Virus record (IMG/VR): IMGVR_UViG_3300045988_078724
Coordinates: 31,033 to 95,032 of that record
DNA: 64,000 nucleotides
Reading direction: 5' to 3' (one strand)
Source: a virus
Part shown: piece by piece, positions 39,071-49,071 of the stretch
How positions within the stretch are numbered: position 1 is the stretch's first letter
Layout of the letters: every line of letters starts with the position of its first letter
The notes under the pieces: model-generated
What the model was told of the DNA's origin: nothing
Databases searched by the model: none
What the model saw: only the letters and a program-made list of their open reading frames with translations
Program-made: the position numbers and the translations under genes

Positions 39071-40204
39071 TTAATACAATGACTGTTCTTCTTTTGTCTC
39101 TTGTTCTTGTTCCTGATTGTCCGTAACGTCTTCCACAGTATAGAGCTTGGGCGGCGTCGGCGGCTGGTTGGGGTTCACGAACTTCGTCCCGCCCTCCCCG
39201 TACATCCATCCATGCCCCGGCAGAATCTCTGGGTGGATTGTATTAGTAAGCTCTTCCATACTAACTTGCCTTACCTTCAGTATATGATGAAACACCAGTC
39301 CGGCTGTCCTGAATGATGTTTTGTTTTCAGTTTTAAACCTATCAAGAGTCTGATACCAATCTTTCCCAAATATCATATACTTATCCAGCCCGTACCTACG
39401 AGGATTGTGCAAACCTATCATTAACGTACATAACTGACCCAGCGTATCAGATTGGTAAAAATCAGAAAGACGCGGAGGCTGCTCTTGTGGGCTTTTTATC
39501 CTTCCTTCTATCTCTCTGTTGAATTGTGATATGATGAGGAAAAATATGTTTTTATATACTAATTTAGCTTCGTTCATAACCGCCACCAAATCATCTATAG
39601 CCGACTTAGGATCTAACCCCATTCTTTTTATCAAAGCAATATGATCGACTTTAAATATTATAAGACGTTTGTCTTTGTGTTTGGTAGCTATATGATACAC
39701 AGCCGCCTCAAACTCTTTTACCGTACACGGAGCATCGATGTATATTATATTATTCCTGATTTCACCTTGAAGGATTTCAAACATCCTCATCTCTTCCACT
39801 GTATTAGAATCTTGCCTTCTTAATATTTCAGGAGCCCGCTTTTTCATATCCTGGCTCATTCTACGAAGAAGAAGATCTTGAGGATTCATTTCGAACTCGC
39901 AATTAACAAGAAAATAATCTTCTGCTTGCGGGTTGATCATCGGATTCATCACATTTTCCAATATCTTTTGGGCCACATACGATTTACCTACAGATGGCCG
40001 GGCTCCTATGGCAATAGCATGCTGAGGGAAAATACCTCCAAGCAAAGCCTCATCAATATAATCGTATCCGGTTTTAGCGGGGATAAGCTCTCCCCGCCTG
40101 TATTTCAAGATATTCTCATACGCCTCTTCCATGACCTGTTTAGAGGTCTTGAATATTCTTCTTATATCTATCCTATTTGCTATCTCCTCGTGCATTTTTG
40201 TCAC
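39071..40204 (-). CDS. DnaB-like replicative helicase (C-terminal RecA-like domain)
   Basis: AIGARPSVGKS Walker A, IIFKVDHIALI Walker B, ISQFNREIEGR (DnaB SQLNR arginine-finger motif). Confidence 0.7.
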   Translation of the reverse strand: MTKMHEEIANRIDIRRIFKTSKQVMEEAYENILKYRRGELIPAKTGYDYIDEALLGGIFPQHAIAIGARPSVGKSYVAQKILENVMNPMINPQAEDYFLVNCEFEMNPQDLLLRRMSQDMKKRAPEILRRQDSNTVEEMRMFEILQGEIRNNIIYIDAPCTVKEFEAAVYHIATKHKDKRLIIFKVDHIALIKRMGLDPKSAIDDLVAVMNEAKLVYKNIFFLIISQFNREIEGRIKSPQEQPPRLSDFYQSDTLGQLCTLMIGLHNPRRYGLDKYMIFGKDWYQTLDRFKTENKTSFRTAGLVFHHILKVRQVSMEELTNTIHPEILPGHGWMYGEGGTKFVNPNQPPTPPKLYTVEDVTDNQEQEQETKEEQSLY

Positions 40205-40493
40205 CTTTTGTATCCGATTTGGATCCCCTATTAGCTTTTACTGATTTATACCTAAGACCGTTCTTGGTATGAGAACAATCCTTGCCTTTTCTCCAGCCCT
40301 TACCCTTCTTCTTGTCCGTTTCGTAGTTTTTACGACCAAGCTCCCGGCGTTTGGCTTTCTGTTCCGGTCTGGCATTTATCTCCTTGTCTTTTTTAGCCTT
40401 TTTCTTCCTGGCTTCGGGATGAGTCCTGTAGTACTCTGTTGATCTGCCCATCTTCTTACATTTTTTGATTGATAATAGCACAAAGATAGGCAA
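40173..40493 (-). CDS. Lys/Arg-rich basic protein (106 aa), possible DNA-binding
   Basis: ORF, ~35% K/R. Confidence 0.4.
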   Translation of the reverse strand: MPIFVLLSIKKCKKMGRSTEYYRTHPEARKKKAKKDKEINARPEQKAKRRELGRKNYETDKKKGKGWRKGKDCSHTKNGLRYKSVKANRGSKSDTKGDKNARGDSK

Positions 40494-40501
40494 TTCTCGC
40501 C

Positions 40502-41023
40502 CTATTTCAACCTGCCGTAACTCATATCAGGATCACACCAGACATACCCGTCTTTCTCATCATGAAGATACTCAGGACATCCTCTACATGCGCTACTTCC
40601 TGACACTATTTGATTGTTTTTATTAGGGCACTTATCTCCAGGTTTATGCCATTCTATTCTCGAACCTGATCGCTCTTTGTTTACATGACAGAACTGAAAG
40701 ATTTTCCCCATCGTCTTCTCGCCGAACATACCTATATGTGTGTACTCTTCCGGTATAGAGAGAAATTCAGATAAATCTTTATACATCCTTTCCCGTTCCT
40801 CTGGCGTAGACCATAGTCTATCAAGTTCGGCATGGACTCTTATCTTAAGAGACCTCAGTGATGGCCCCGCAAGCCGGCCTTTAGCTTTTCCCTTATTCGG
40901 CCCTGATTCATGAACACCGACATAAGCGTTGCATGGTTTGCACATCATAACCATCCCTAAGCCTTTTCTGCTATATATTTTTCGGCATTGACCAGCTCGG
41001 TTTCCCTTCCGCAATAAGGACAA
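40502..41023 (-). CDS. Cys-rich zinc-binding protein (173 aa)
   Basis: CKPCNAY, CPNK, CRGCPEY clusters. Confidence 0.45.
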   Translation of the reverse strand: MSLLRKGNRAGQCRKIYSRKGLGMVMMCKPCNAYVGVHESGPNKGKAKGRLAGPSLRSLKIRVHAELDRLWSTPEERERMYKDLSEFLSIPEEYTHIGMFGEKTMGKIFQFCHVNKERSGSRIEWHKPGDKCPNKNNQIVSGSSACRGCPEYLHDEKDGYVWCDPDMSYGRLK

Positions 41024-41033
41024 ATTTCGCCTC

Positions 41034-41309
41034 TTAAAACCCGTTGTTGGCGCTCATTAAGTTCCATACCCTATTCTTTTGTTTTTCTTTAAACTTTTCA
41101 TACAAACTGCTTTCAGTTTCCATTTCTGAGATCTCTACCTCTACGTCCTCTCTTTTGAAAATTACTTTCTTGGCTGTCGGATACGCACATTTAGAGATAC
41201 GAATAGCATTACGAATAGCGTAAACAAAATACGTTTCTGGCGACGATTCAATCACCACTACCTCGTTTAAAGTGTTTTTGTAATTTTCCATATTATCTAC
41301 TTGCTTCAA
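41034..41309 (-). CDS. hypothetical protein (91 aa)
   Basis: ORF. Confidence 0.4.
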   Translation of the reverse strand: MKQVDNMENYKNTLNEVVVIESSPETYFVYAIRNAIRISKCAYPTAKKVIFKREDVEVEISEMETESSLYEKFKEKQKNRVWNLMSANNGF

Positions 41310-41643
41310 TTATATAACCCGGATGATCTTCACACGCCTCTTTATATTCGATAAGAAACTTAAGAAATGAATCATAAGACCCCCATCCGTTTTCCGGCTC
41401 GTATCTCAAAAGACTTTTTCTCTTAGAGATCATAATACATATGCCTTTTGTAAGTACATTCTTCATCTCATCGGTATCTATTTCCCTACCCAATTCTTCT
41501 GGTCTCCAAACATAATCGTACAGCGTTTCTTTATTTTCTGATACGAATATTCTTTGTGCCATCTTGTTCATGTTGTGGGTGATGTTCGCAACCCATTCAC
41601 GATCTTCTTTCTTCTTGTTCTTAATATAAACATCCAGGCTCAT
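41293..41643 (-). CDS. hypothetical protein (116 aa)
   Basis: ORF. Confidence 0.4.
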   Translation of the reverse strand: MSLDVYIKNKKKEDREWVANITHNMNKMAQRIFVSENKETLYDYVWRPEELGREIDTDEMKNVLTKGICIMISKRKSLLRYEPENGWGSYDSFLKFLIEYKEACEDHPGYIIEASR

Positions 41644-42634
41644 GATATTTTTCTTTTATCTTGTTACTAATTATCAAATCTGCCACATCATCTCCGTCTC
41701 CTACATTTTCAACATTTTGAAGATAGTCCGATACTTTTATCCTTGACTTCATCATCATCCCATCTATCTTTTTACTCCATGTCTCAAATGCTTGTCCTTT
41801 GTCCGGAAAAGCTACGGTCTTTCTATCTTTTAAAACATCTATCACTTCCGGTCTTAGATTCTGCAACCCACCGGTAGCTACAAATAACTCATCCGGTTTA
41901 TTCACAGCGCATATAATAGCCGTCTTTTCTGATTCCACCAAATTAACCACCTTATCCGGATATTGGCTTAGAAGATGTTCTCCGAACAGGCATTGTCTAA
42001 ACAAGAAGTCTCTTGCATGCAACGAGTGATAAAACATAACATGAGGCCGCTCATTGTCACCGTCTTTTTCTTTCACTCTTTTTACATCAATCTCATTCCC
42101 CTGGCTGTCGGTCTTTATATAAAAGTCCATGATCTTGCCGGTTCTACATACAAAATCTTTGTCTATCTGCCAGAATATACAACACCCTTTCCATCCCCAT
42201 AAGTCCATTGTTCCGACATGATACCTTCTGAACACATCAGATACCCTTTCTTTTCCCCATAGAGACGATAAAAATCTAAATACGGTGTTTCTATCGTCTG
42301 GAACCACAGTCCTCTCAAACTCGCTAAAAGGTATGTAATTTACAACGTCAGGATTTACAGGAGGACGATAAGCTCTTATACACTTGTTTCCCGAGATCCA
42401 AAGATCTTTGTCACCTACATCCTTACCAGTAGGTCGTTTATCGTAACCGCAAGTCCGTTCATGATCGCATCTTCCGAACTCGTTGCCAACAACCTGGCCT
42501 GTTGCCACATCAATATAAGGGGTGAGACACCGGCTTTTCCCGCAAGCTGGGCAGGTTAGCTTCAGTCGGCTCCTTCCGGGCCTGCGGTCAAGTTGAAACC
42601 GGGGTACGTTTTCGTATCTTCTGAAATCAAGCAT
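41621..42634 (-). CDS. DnaG-like primase (zinc ribbon + TOPRIM)
   Basis: CPACGKSRC...C zinc ribbon near N-terminus; TOPRIM-like VNLVESEKTAI (Glu motif) and VAFPDKGQA (DxD-like). Confidence 0.55.
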   Translation of the reverse strand: MLDFRRYENVPRFQLDRRPGRSRLKLTCPACGKSRCLTPYIDVATGQVVGNEFGRCDHERTCGYDKRPTGKDVGDKDLWISGNKCIRAYRPPVNPDVVNYIPFSEFERTVVPDDRNTVFRFLSSLWGKERVSDVFRRYHVGTMDLWGWKGCCIFWQIDKDFVCRTGKIMDFYIKTDSQGNEIDVKRVKEKDGDNERPHVMFYHSLHARDFLFRQCLFGEHLLSQYPDKVVNLVESEKTAIICAVNKPDELFVATGGLQNLRPEVIDVLKDRKTVAFPDKGQAFETWSKKIDGMMMKSRIKVSDYLQNVENVGDGDDVADLIISNKIKEKYHEPGCLY

Positions 42635-42977
42635 TTTTAACTCCTCTCATTGCTTCTATGATTCTATCCGCTATAGTTATAGACCATGACACCACATCTG
42701 GTATATATACTCCGCAATCTATTTCTCCTTTTCTATCTTGCATTTTAATGAACTCAATAGAATAAGCCTTAACAAGATCGAATCTACGTTGTTCCCAGTC
42801 TACATCTTTGTTCTCATCATCCACAGGAAGGGTATCGAGATAATAATTTAAACTCTCATTTATCACACTTCCGTTGCTGTCATAGAATTGTATTTTGTCA
42901 TAGTCTCTTCTTATAGTTGAACCATTGAAGGTGATTACGTCTATTATCTCCCCGGTTCTTCTAATTTTTCTTTTCAT
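42627..42977 (-). CDS. hypothetical protein (116 aa)
   Basis: ORF. Confidence 0.4.
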   Translation of the reverse strand: MKRKIRRTGEIIDVITFNGSTIRRDYDKIQFYDSNGSVINESLNYYLDTLPVDDENKDVDWEQRRFDLVKAYSIEFIKMQDRKGEIDCGVYIPDVVSWSITIADRIIEAMRGVKNA

Positions 42978-43207
42978 ACTCTTCTTGTGTTTCTAACCAG
43001 TATAGGCATTGTCACATTAACAGTCTTGCCATATTTCTCGTAAGATGTGAGTATGCATATTGCATACTTATCCCCTATTTTCAAATCTTTCGATAATCTT
43101 AATCTTGAACCCCTTTTGATGTTAATAAAATAATCACCAAAAGGATTGATACATATCGGTTTTACGATTTCCACATAATCTCCTTTAGGAATAACAATAT
43201 CACTCAT
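42974..43207 (-). CDS. hypothetical protein (77 aa)
   Basis: ORF. Confidence 0.4.
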   Translation of the reverse strand: MSDIVIPKGDYVEIVKPICINPFGDYFINIKRGSRLRLSKDLKIGDKYAICILTSYEKYGKTVNVTMPILVRNTRRV

Positions 43208-44520
43208 ATTACGAATCTTTTAGACATTTCCTCAGCAATATCATATACGACAATATGATCCTCTTCATTGTACGGCTTATTGATATTCAGCACTCCTTTT
43301 CTCACTTTAAACCTCTTATCTTTTCTGATATGATTCAACATCCCTTGTTGGAACACACAGTCCGCTTTCTCCATAGCAGCATTTTTATCAGACCATTCTT
43401 TTAGCGTATAACCTTTACTGTTCGTGCTTTTTGGAGAAAAATTCATAATACGTGCATCAATTCCGTACCAGTTTTTAACCATTCTCCTTTCAGCCTCCAA
43501 TTGAAAAGCATGTTCATTTCGTATGTCACCTGATTTAAAATCTAAGATAACAATCTCTTCTTTCTCCACTTCTCTTACTTCCTTCTTCGGATCTCCTTTT
43601 TTGAACTGCCCCGTAGCCCTTTGATACACGGCTCCAAAATAACCTTCTTCTTTGTATTTGAATGTCATTTTAACCATCGCATCTATCGGCGTAGCTACCA
43701 AATAATCTTCTAATGACAATATTCTTTCAATCATCATCGGCTTAACCTTATACTCCGAACAAAACTTAGCAAACTTCATAACTCTGACAATCATATCGTC
43801 AAGATCATCTATGCTACCAAAGAATTTGTCAAGATTCTTTTTTGATATTTTAAGCTTGCCTTCTTGCACTGTCTTAACTATAAAACTTCGATTTAAGACC
43901 ATATCTCTACCTGTCAAGTATAATCCGTATAGGTAGTGCATGATCGTTCCTTTATCTGCATCATATTCTGATACTTCTTCCGGATTGCGACCAATCATCC
44001 TCATCTCCTGTCTCCATTCTTGAAGAGCCGTTTTGTCATCTACGAATCCGTCTCTTATCATGGTTGTTACCGAGGCGTATATCTTGGCTGTCCCATCGTC
44101 CATCTTTCTTACATAAAAACGATTACCGTCTAATGTCAATCTTACGAATTTGGGAGTCTCGATCTTCTTTAACTCATCACAGATATAAAACGGCTCTAAC
44201 GTTTCCTGATTTTCTGTAAACGGATTCGAATCTTCTTCTCCAGGGTTAGGAGCGGCTTCCTCCGCCGGAGCTTCCGGTTCCTCCTTCTGGGCCTGCTCTG
44301 TCTCAGGCGCCGGCTCTTCAACTACTGGAACCTGTCCGCCTCTTTCTGCTATGTCTCTGTTCTTTATTAAAGACATAACCTCCTTCTTCAACTGCTCTGG
44401 TGTTTGGTTAGGATCTGACACCGACATCACAACATCGTTCATTCTAAACAACGTATTTCCTTCTCCTTCCACCATAGGGACAAATCCTAAATCTGTCAAT
44501 ATTTTTATTTTCTCTTTCAT
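43204..44520 (-). CDS. hypothetical protein (438 aa), possible PD-(D/E)xK nuclease fold
   Basis: EEIVILDFKSGDIRNEH resembles hhDxK(S/T)G motif; acidic Pro-rich linker near N-terminus. Confidence 0.45.
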   Translation of the reverse strand: MKEKIKILTDLGFVPMVEGEGNTLFRMNDVVMSVSDPNQTPEQLKKEVMSLIKNRDIAERGGQVPVVEEPAPETEQAQKEEPEAPAEEAAPNPGEEDSNPFTENQETLEPFYICDELKKIETPKFVRLTLDGNRFYVRKMDDGTAKIYASVTTMIRDGFVDDKTALQEWRQEMRMIGRNPEEVSEYDADKGTIMHYLYGLYLTGRDMVLNRSFIVKTVQEGKLKISKKNLDKFFGSIDDLDDMIVRVMKFAKFCSEYKVKPMMIERILSLEDYLVATPIDAMVKMTFKYKEEGYFGAVYQRATGQFKKGDPKKEVREVEKEEIVILDFKSGDIRNEHAFQLEAERRMVKNWYGIDARIMNFSPKSTNSKGYTLKEWSDKNAAMEKADCVFQQGMLNHIRKDKRFKVRKGVLNINKPYNEEDHIVVYDIAEEMSKRFVI

Positions 44521-44702
44521 GATCTTCCTCTAATCAATTCTTCTTTAATACAATGTAACACTGTTTCCACTTCATCTTTATCTCTATCTTTCACTGCGAT
44601 AGCTATATCCTTACCATAACTCTCTCTCTGTATGTGAGCATAAAAGATAGTTTCATCGTCAGCTTCTATTCTTATTTTATAAAGTTTTCTCATATCTGTC
44701 AA
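44517..44702 (-). CDS. hypothetical small protein (61 aa)
   Basis: ORF. Confidence 0.35.
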   Translation of the reverse strand: MTDMRKLYKIRIEADDETIFYAHIQRESYGKDIAIAVKDRDKDEVETVLHCIKEELIRGRS

Positions 44703-45192
44703 TTATTTCAATAATTAATCTACCTCTTTCTTTAATCATTCCCCTGCTTTCCATATCCAGTACCTTCTTTACCGCATACTTCCATACAAAAGGAAATTCT
44801 GTTTCAAGTTTATCAAATTCCATCCGGTCAAGATACATGTCGAATACCGTATGCTCCGATTCATGAAGGAAAACTATATTATCCCTGCAAGTAGCAACCG
44901 ACTTATATATCCTTTTCGGAAGTATGTGACAGACGTTACATACTGTAGGAAAATGAATAGCCTTACCAGTCATAGATATTCGAATACTACCCAACTCCTC
45001 CAACATAAGACGAAAAAACCCGGATAAATCCGGGTTCTCTAACTTTTTCTTCTTGCTGCTGTTTTTAATGGATGTAATTCTGTCTTTTTTCTTCGGAGTC
45101 AACTCTTTGCTCCTGCAAGCCTGGCATAAGCCATGACTTCTTATCATTACTTTTCGTCCGCATCTTTCGCAGACGTACAATTTCTTTTCCAC
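44677..45192 (-). CDS. zinc-ribbon protein (171 aa)
   Basis: CERCGRK...CQAC N-terminal zinc ribbon. Confidence 0.45.
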   Translation of the reverse strand: MEKKLYVCERCGRKVMIRSHGLCQACRSKELTPKKKDRITSIKNSSKKKKLENPDLSGFFRLMLEELGSIRISMTGKAIHFPTVCNVCHILPKRIYKSVATCRDNIVFLHESEHTVFDMYLDRMEFDKLETEFPFVWKYAVKKVLDMESRGMIKERGRLIIEIIDRYEKTL

Positions 45193-45380
45193 TCTTTATA
45201 ATATCTCGATATAAGTGATATAGTTGAAAAGAATACCGCCGTTAAAGATAACGTATATGGTAAGTTCATCAACCATTTTGGCACCTCTTCTGTCTTAATC
45301 ACTATCAGCAAAGTAGCACCTGCCACTACCAATAATACAATTGCCGTCGCAAGTGCTACACGGGAAATAACATCACTCAT
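45147..45380 (-). CDS. small two-TM membrane protein (77 aa), holin-like topology
   Basis: two hydrophobic segments and charged C-terminus KEWKRNCTSAKDADEK; function not established. Confidence 0.35.
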   Translation of the reverse strand: MSDVISRVALATAIVLLVVAGATLLIVIKTEEVPKWLMNLPYTLSLTAVFFSTISLISRYYKEWKRNCTSAKDADEK

Positions 45381-45843
45381 CAGTTTTCTTTTCTCCCAAT
45401 TTTTCTACGCCTTTTTGCAGATCGTATTTAAACACTTCAATGATTTTCGTTTCCGCAATAGACTCGCAATTCCAGTCTCCTAACGTGCCCTGCATACCTT
45501 TAGTCAACACAGCTTCGGCATCCTTAGGATTGCCGGCCTGGACATACATATAGCATGGCGTTTTCCTTTCCTTACCTTTCTTTTCATCCAGTGTAATGTA
45601 ATTCACCTTACACTTATACCAGTACTCAGCTTCTCCGTTGAAGAAGATTTCCGACACTTTAATAGGATTTATTTTAACAATGTCGAACACTTGAAATAAA
45701 TCCTTGAAAATCTCTAAAGATCTTGATTCTGCCTCTGTATAAGACAAGGCATCTACCAAATACTTTTCAGTTACTTTCTTTTTTTTGCCGTTCTCGATAT
45801 TATCAATCTCGGCTTTTACCGTAATTTCAAACCATCTATTCAT
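45373..45843 (-). CDS. hypothetical protein (156 aa)
   Basis: ORF. Confidence 0.5.
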   Translation of the reverse strand: MNRWFEITVKAEIDNIENGKKKKVTEKYLVDALSYTEAESRSLEIFKDLFQVFDIVKINPIKVSEIFFNGEAEYWYKCKVNYITLDEKKGKERKTPCYMYVQAGNPKDAEAVLTKGMQGTLGDWNCESIAETKIIEVFKYDLQKGVEKLGEKKTDE

Positions 45844-45854
45844 TGTATTAATAT

Positions 45855-46109
45855 TTAATTAGTTGATTTCTTTCCTTTCTCTATACTATTTTTAAGTCTT
45901 TCAGAACACCACTGCAAAACGTCCATCATCATCATCTCATTATTAGATAAGATGCCTTTTATAACTAACGCCAATTGATACTGTGACATTCTTAGGCTCA
46001 TATCAAATCTTCTTTCCTCTTCATTTACTATCGTAGCCACGAAATACTTACACCCCTCTAAATGCGTCAGGGCTTCAATCATAGCTTCTTTTATCTCTTT
46101 TTCTTCCAT
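45855..46109 (-). CDS. hypothetical protein (84 aa)
   Basis: ORF; A9 tract in its 5' leader (46118-46126 on + strand as T9). Confidence 0.4.
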   Translation of the reverse strand: MEEKEIKEAMIEALTHLEGCKYFVATIVNEEERRFDMSLRMSQYQLALVIKGILSNNEMMMMDVLQWCSERLKNSIEKGKKSTN

Positions 46110-46184
46110 TCTGTTTGTTTTTTTTTGGACAAAGATATGTCTTTTGATAATAAAAAAGATTCAAAATGATTTAATTTAGCTTAA

Positions 46185-46853
46185 TTACTGCTCTTTTGAT
46201 TCGTCCGGTATAGGCATGTCAAACTTTTTTCTGATAAACGACTCTGTTTCTTCATTGAATGGATAGGCCTCCTTAATAAAATTCATAGCTACCTCCATAT
46301 CACCATCTGCTATATCTTTATACCTTTCAAAGATGCCAACCAGGTCATTGTTATATGAACGCTCTTGTTTTATGTTGTACACGTATTTCAACACCCTGTC
46401 TTTAATTTCATTGGCATTTTTCAAAGTGTTATTGAAGGAATTTATACTTTCCAATTCTGGATCTTTGTTTTCCTTGTTTACCTTATCAAACTCTTCCTTG
46501 CTATATCCTGCTTCTCCTGTAATGGCTGGGCAAACACTTCCATTTATGATCCAAAACTGTTCATACGATCCTATCAGAAACTTTGATTCCATTTTAAATG
46601 CATTATATTTAACAAGCAAATTAGCCACCTCAGTTGCACCTTCTACGGTTCTAAAACCGATGCCGATATCTTTTAACATAAATACTGGAACTCCAGTTCT
46701 TGGATACACGACTTCTTTTTTGTTCTTTATATTCCAGTTTTTAGCTTCAATTGGAATACCTTTACCAGCAAGCTCTTTGTCTATATACAGATATATCTCT
46801 TTGCATGTCAATGACACAATCTCATCTCTGCTTAAATCAAAAACTGTTTTCAT
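46185..46853 (-). CDS. hypothetical protein (222 aa)
   Basis: ORF. Confidence 0.5.
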   Translation of the reverse strand: MKTVFDLSRDEIVSLTCKEIYLYIDKELAGKGIPIEAKNWNIKNKKEVVYPRTGVPVFMLKDIGIGFRTVEGATEVANLLVKYNAFKMESKFLIGSYEQFWIINGSVCPAITGEAGYSKEEFDKVNKENKDPELESINSFNNTLKNANEIKDRVLKYVYNIKQERSYNNDLVGIFERYKDIADGDMEVAMNFIKEAYPFNEETESFIRKKFDMPIPDESKEQ

Positions 46854-47053
46854 TTCTTTTTATTTATTAAATTAAACAATCTACCTCTTTGTTCAGGCTC
46901 CGTATATTCCACCCATATATCGGCTGCCACATTTCTAAGAAATTCCATAAAGTCTTGATGATCCCTGTATTCAACAGAGTCAACTTTTCTCACAAAACTT
47001 AGAATTTCCTTTAACATCTTATTGTTTTCTTCAAGAAGTTCTCTGTCGGTCAT
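46850..47053 (-). CDS. hypothetical protein (67 aa)
   Basis: ORF. Confidence 0.4.
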   Translation of the reverse strand: MTDRELLEENNKMLKEILSFVRKVDSVEYRDHQDFMEFLRNVAADIWVEYTEPEQRGRLFNLINKKK

Positions 47054-47267
47054 AACCTTTCAAATTTTCTTCTTAGTTCATTAGACCATTGATGATCATA
47101 ATCTGCCAATAATGATCCCATTTCCATTATTAAGGAATAAACTTCTTCTTTTCTTGCTAAAAAAGATTGTTTGTCTTTTTCTTTTAATGTTTTCATGACT
47201 GTAACTTAAAAATGAATAATTAATTGATTTATAAAAAATGTGTTAAAATGACATATAAATGCCTTGA

Positions 47268-48065
47268 TCAATTGGACACAAATGTACAAGTTTTATTAAG
47301 ATACCCTTCTGTCATCTCTATGAAATTCACACAATCTAATTTGCTTAACTTGTAAATCAATGCCGGATTGTGTACTATGGCTATAATTTGTGTTTGTGGT
47401 TTATGGAATGACAATACATTATAAATTTGCATTATGTTGTCAATGTCAAGATTCCTATCTGGCTCATCCATGAGAACCGTGTATTCAAAACTGCTTTCTG
47501 TTAATGTTATGCGGTTTCTTTCATAATACTTCAACAGGTTATCAATTCTTTTAATCCAAAACGCATTTGATTTTTTCTTGTATTCTACAAGATCTTGTAT
47601 TGGAAATGTATAATCCTTTTGACCGAACATTAAATTGAAAAGTGATTCCAATGATAACACCACTTTCTCTCCATAAGATCTTCGAATATTATTCACATAC
47701 AAATCTAAGTTGCTGATGTTTTTTAATACACTATCTCGATTCATCTCCGCCGATGGCAATAAACGGAATACCTTTCCTGCATAATCGGATAATATGTCAA
47801 TCCCATCAAGAACCTTGTCATCATCATCAAATATAGGTGGAAAATCCAGTGCCTCGATTGGTATTTCAGAGCACATGGACTTCTCGCATAACGCATACAT
47901 TGATATGATGTTAAGCAAGGTTGATTTTCCACTACCGTTTTTCCCTATAATCACATTCACTCCTGGCTTGAAAATAAATTCTCTGCCATTTTCAAATGCT
48001 TCTATATCCGAAACATATTCAAATGGAGTTTTCGTATTGTCTTTTATTTTTACTGATGTTATCAT
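47268..48065 (-). CDS. compact ABC-type (OLD/RecF/SMC-like) ATPase, 265 aa
   Basis: Walker A IIGKNGSGKSTLLN, signature-like RRSYGEKVVLSL, Walker B/D-loop LMDEPDRNLD, H-loop IAIVHN. Confidence 0.7.
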   Translation of the reverse strand: MITSVKIKDNTKTPFEYVSDIEAFENGREFIFKPGVNVIIGKNGSGKSTLLNIISMYALCEKSMCSEIPIEALDFPPIFDDDDKVLDGIDILSDYAGKVFRLLPSAEMNRDSVLKNISNLDLYVNNIRRSYGEKVVLSLESLFNLMFGQKDYTFPIQDLVEYKKKSNAFWIKRIDNLLKYYERNRITLTESSFEYTVLMDEPDRNLDIDNIMQIYNVLSFHKPQTQIIAIVHNPALIYKLSKLDCVNFIEMTEGYLNKTCTFVSN

Positions 48066-48076
48066 TGTAATCCTTT

Positions 48077-48916
48077 TTAAAAATCAATTACCGCCCGAAC
48101 CCTGCTACTGTTGTACTTGTCACTGTAGTACGCGCTACCAATGGAGAAGTCCACGTACCACGCGACGCTCGGGCTGCTCTCGGTACTGGACCTATACCAC
48201 GTCGAGGAGAGGGGAGATGCCGAAACATAAGCTAATGCTTTGTTTAGTTCGTCCATATAATGGGCCATTAAATTTAATTGACCAAGAGATGGTATATACT
48301 CGCCATCTTTCAGCAAATTTTTCAACTTTGGATTTCTGGCCACAAGGCGTTCCGTATTGCCGCGTCCGTCAATGTCAAACAGCGCATCACATTTACGTTC
48401 GTAATATGTCTCACTTCCGGATTTTTCACGGCTATCATCGTCAAGCAATTGTACGCTATCATGCTCCGTCAGTGAGATAGCAAACGATACGTCTTTGTGC
48501 TTTAATCCGATATAACGCACATTCTTTTTGAAATTCTCTCCAGCAAACGGCTCAGCGTGTCCGTTTCCGTAGATTAGATACAAACCATCTTTTCTTGATG
48601 GTACTCTATTTTCACATACGCATCTTTCATTTTTTGGTCTTACAATTATGTTCAACTCATTCAACACATGATCTTTTATAACCTCCCCACATATTTTCCT
48701 TACAAAACCATAGCCTTCTTTTTGTTTAAGTTCGTCATTTACCATACATCTGATCCAATTTTCTATCTGATTGTTTCCTCCGTATGTATTATGCATGCAC
48801 CTTTTTACAAGCTTTTCCAATAATGGTTCTATGTTTTTGATTATATCTTCTTTGGTAAGGTGAAGTTCATTTAGTATGCAGTTTCTTACCGCCTTGTATT
48901 CTTTACTTGTGCTCAT
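48077..48916 (-). CDS. partner protein of ABC ATPase (279 aa), Cys/His motifs, function unknown
   Basis: 12-nt gap to ATPase gene; RCMHNTYGGNNQIENWIRC and ERCVCENR motifs; GC-rich 3' end. Confidence 0.5.
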   Translation of the reverse strand: MSTSKEYKAVRNCILNELHLTKEDIIKNIEPLLEKLVKRCMHNTYGGNNQIENWIRCMVNDELKQKEGYGFVRKICGEVIKDHVLNELNIIVRPKNERCVCENRVPSRKDGLYLIYGNGHAEPFAGENFKKNVRYIGLKHKDVSFAISLTEHDSVQLLDDDSREKSGSETYYERKCDALFDIDGRGNTERLVARNPKLKNLLKDGEYIPSLGQLNLMAHYMDELNKALAYVSASPLSSTWYRSSTESSPSVAWYVDFSIGSAYYSDKYNSSRVRAVIDF

Positions 48917-49071
48917 AATATATCTACTTAATACTGTGAATTATATTTTTTTCTCTCTCCCACTATCTTCCCCTATAGGATTATTCCATCCGTATTTTAC
49001 AGCCGTAGCTCTAAATAGAGGAAGTCTATAAAATCTATAATCATTCTCAAGATGAGCATATACTGTTGATT

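Noticed and set aside
39120-39200. Scattered 60-100-bp GC-rich islands (also ~1060-1140, 3100-3200, 21400-21500, 28400-28560, 33600-33720, 48080-48240) as DGR template/variable repeats
   Set aside because: No reverse transcriptase in the window and the islands are not alignable to one another beyond short GGCGGCG-type runs; most simply encode Gly/Pro/Arg/Cys-rich protein segments.
45147-45380. Holin/lysis cassette call for the 77-aa two-TM protein
   Set aside because: Topology is holin-like but no endolysin or spanin neighbour and it lies in the replication block; kept as small membrane protein only.
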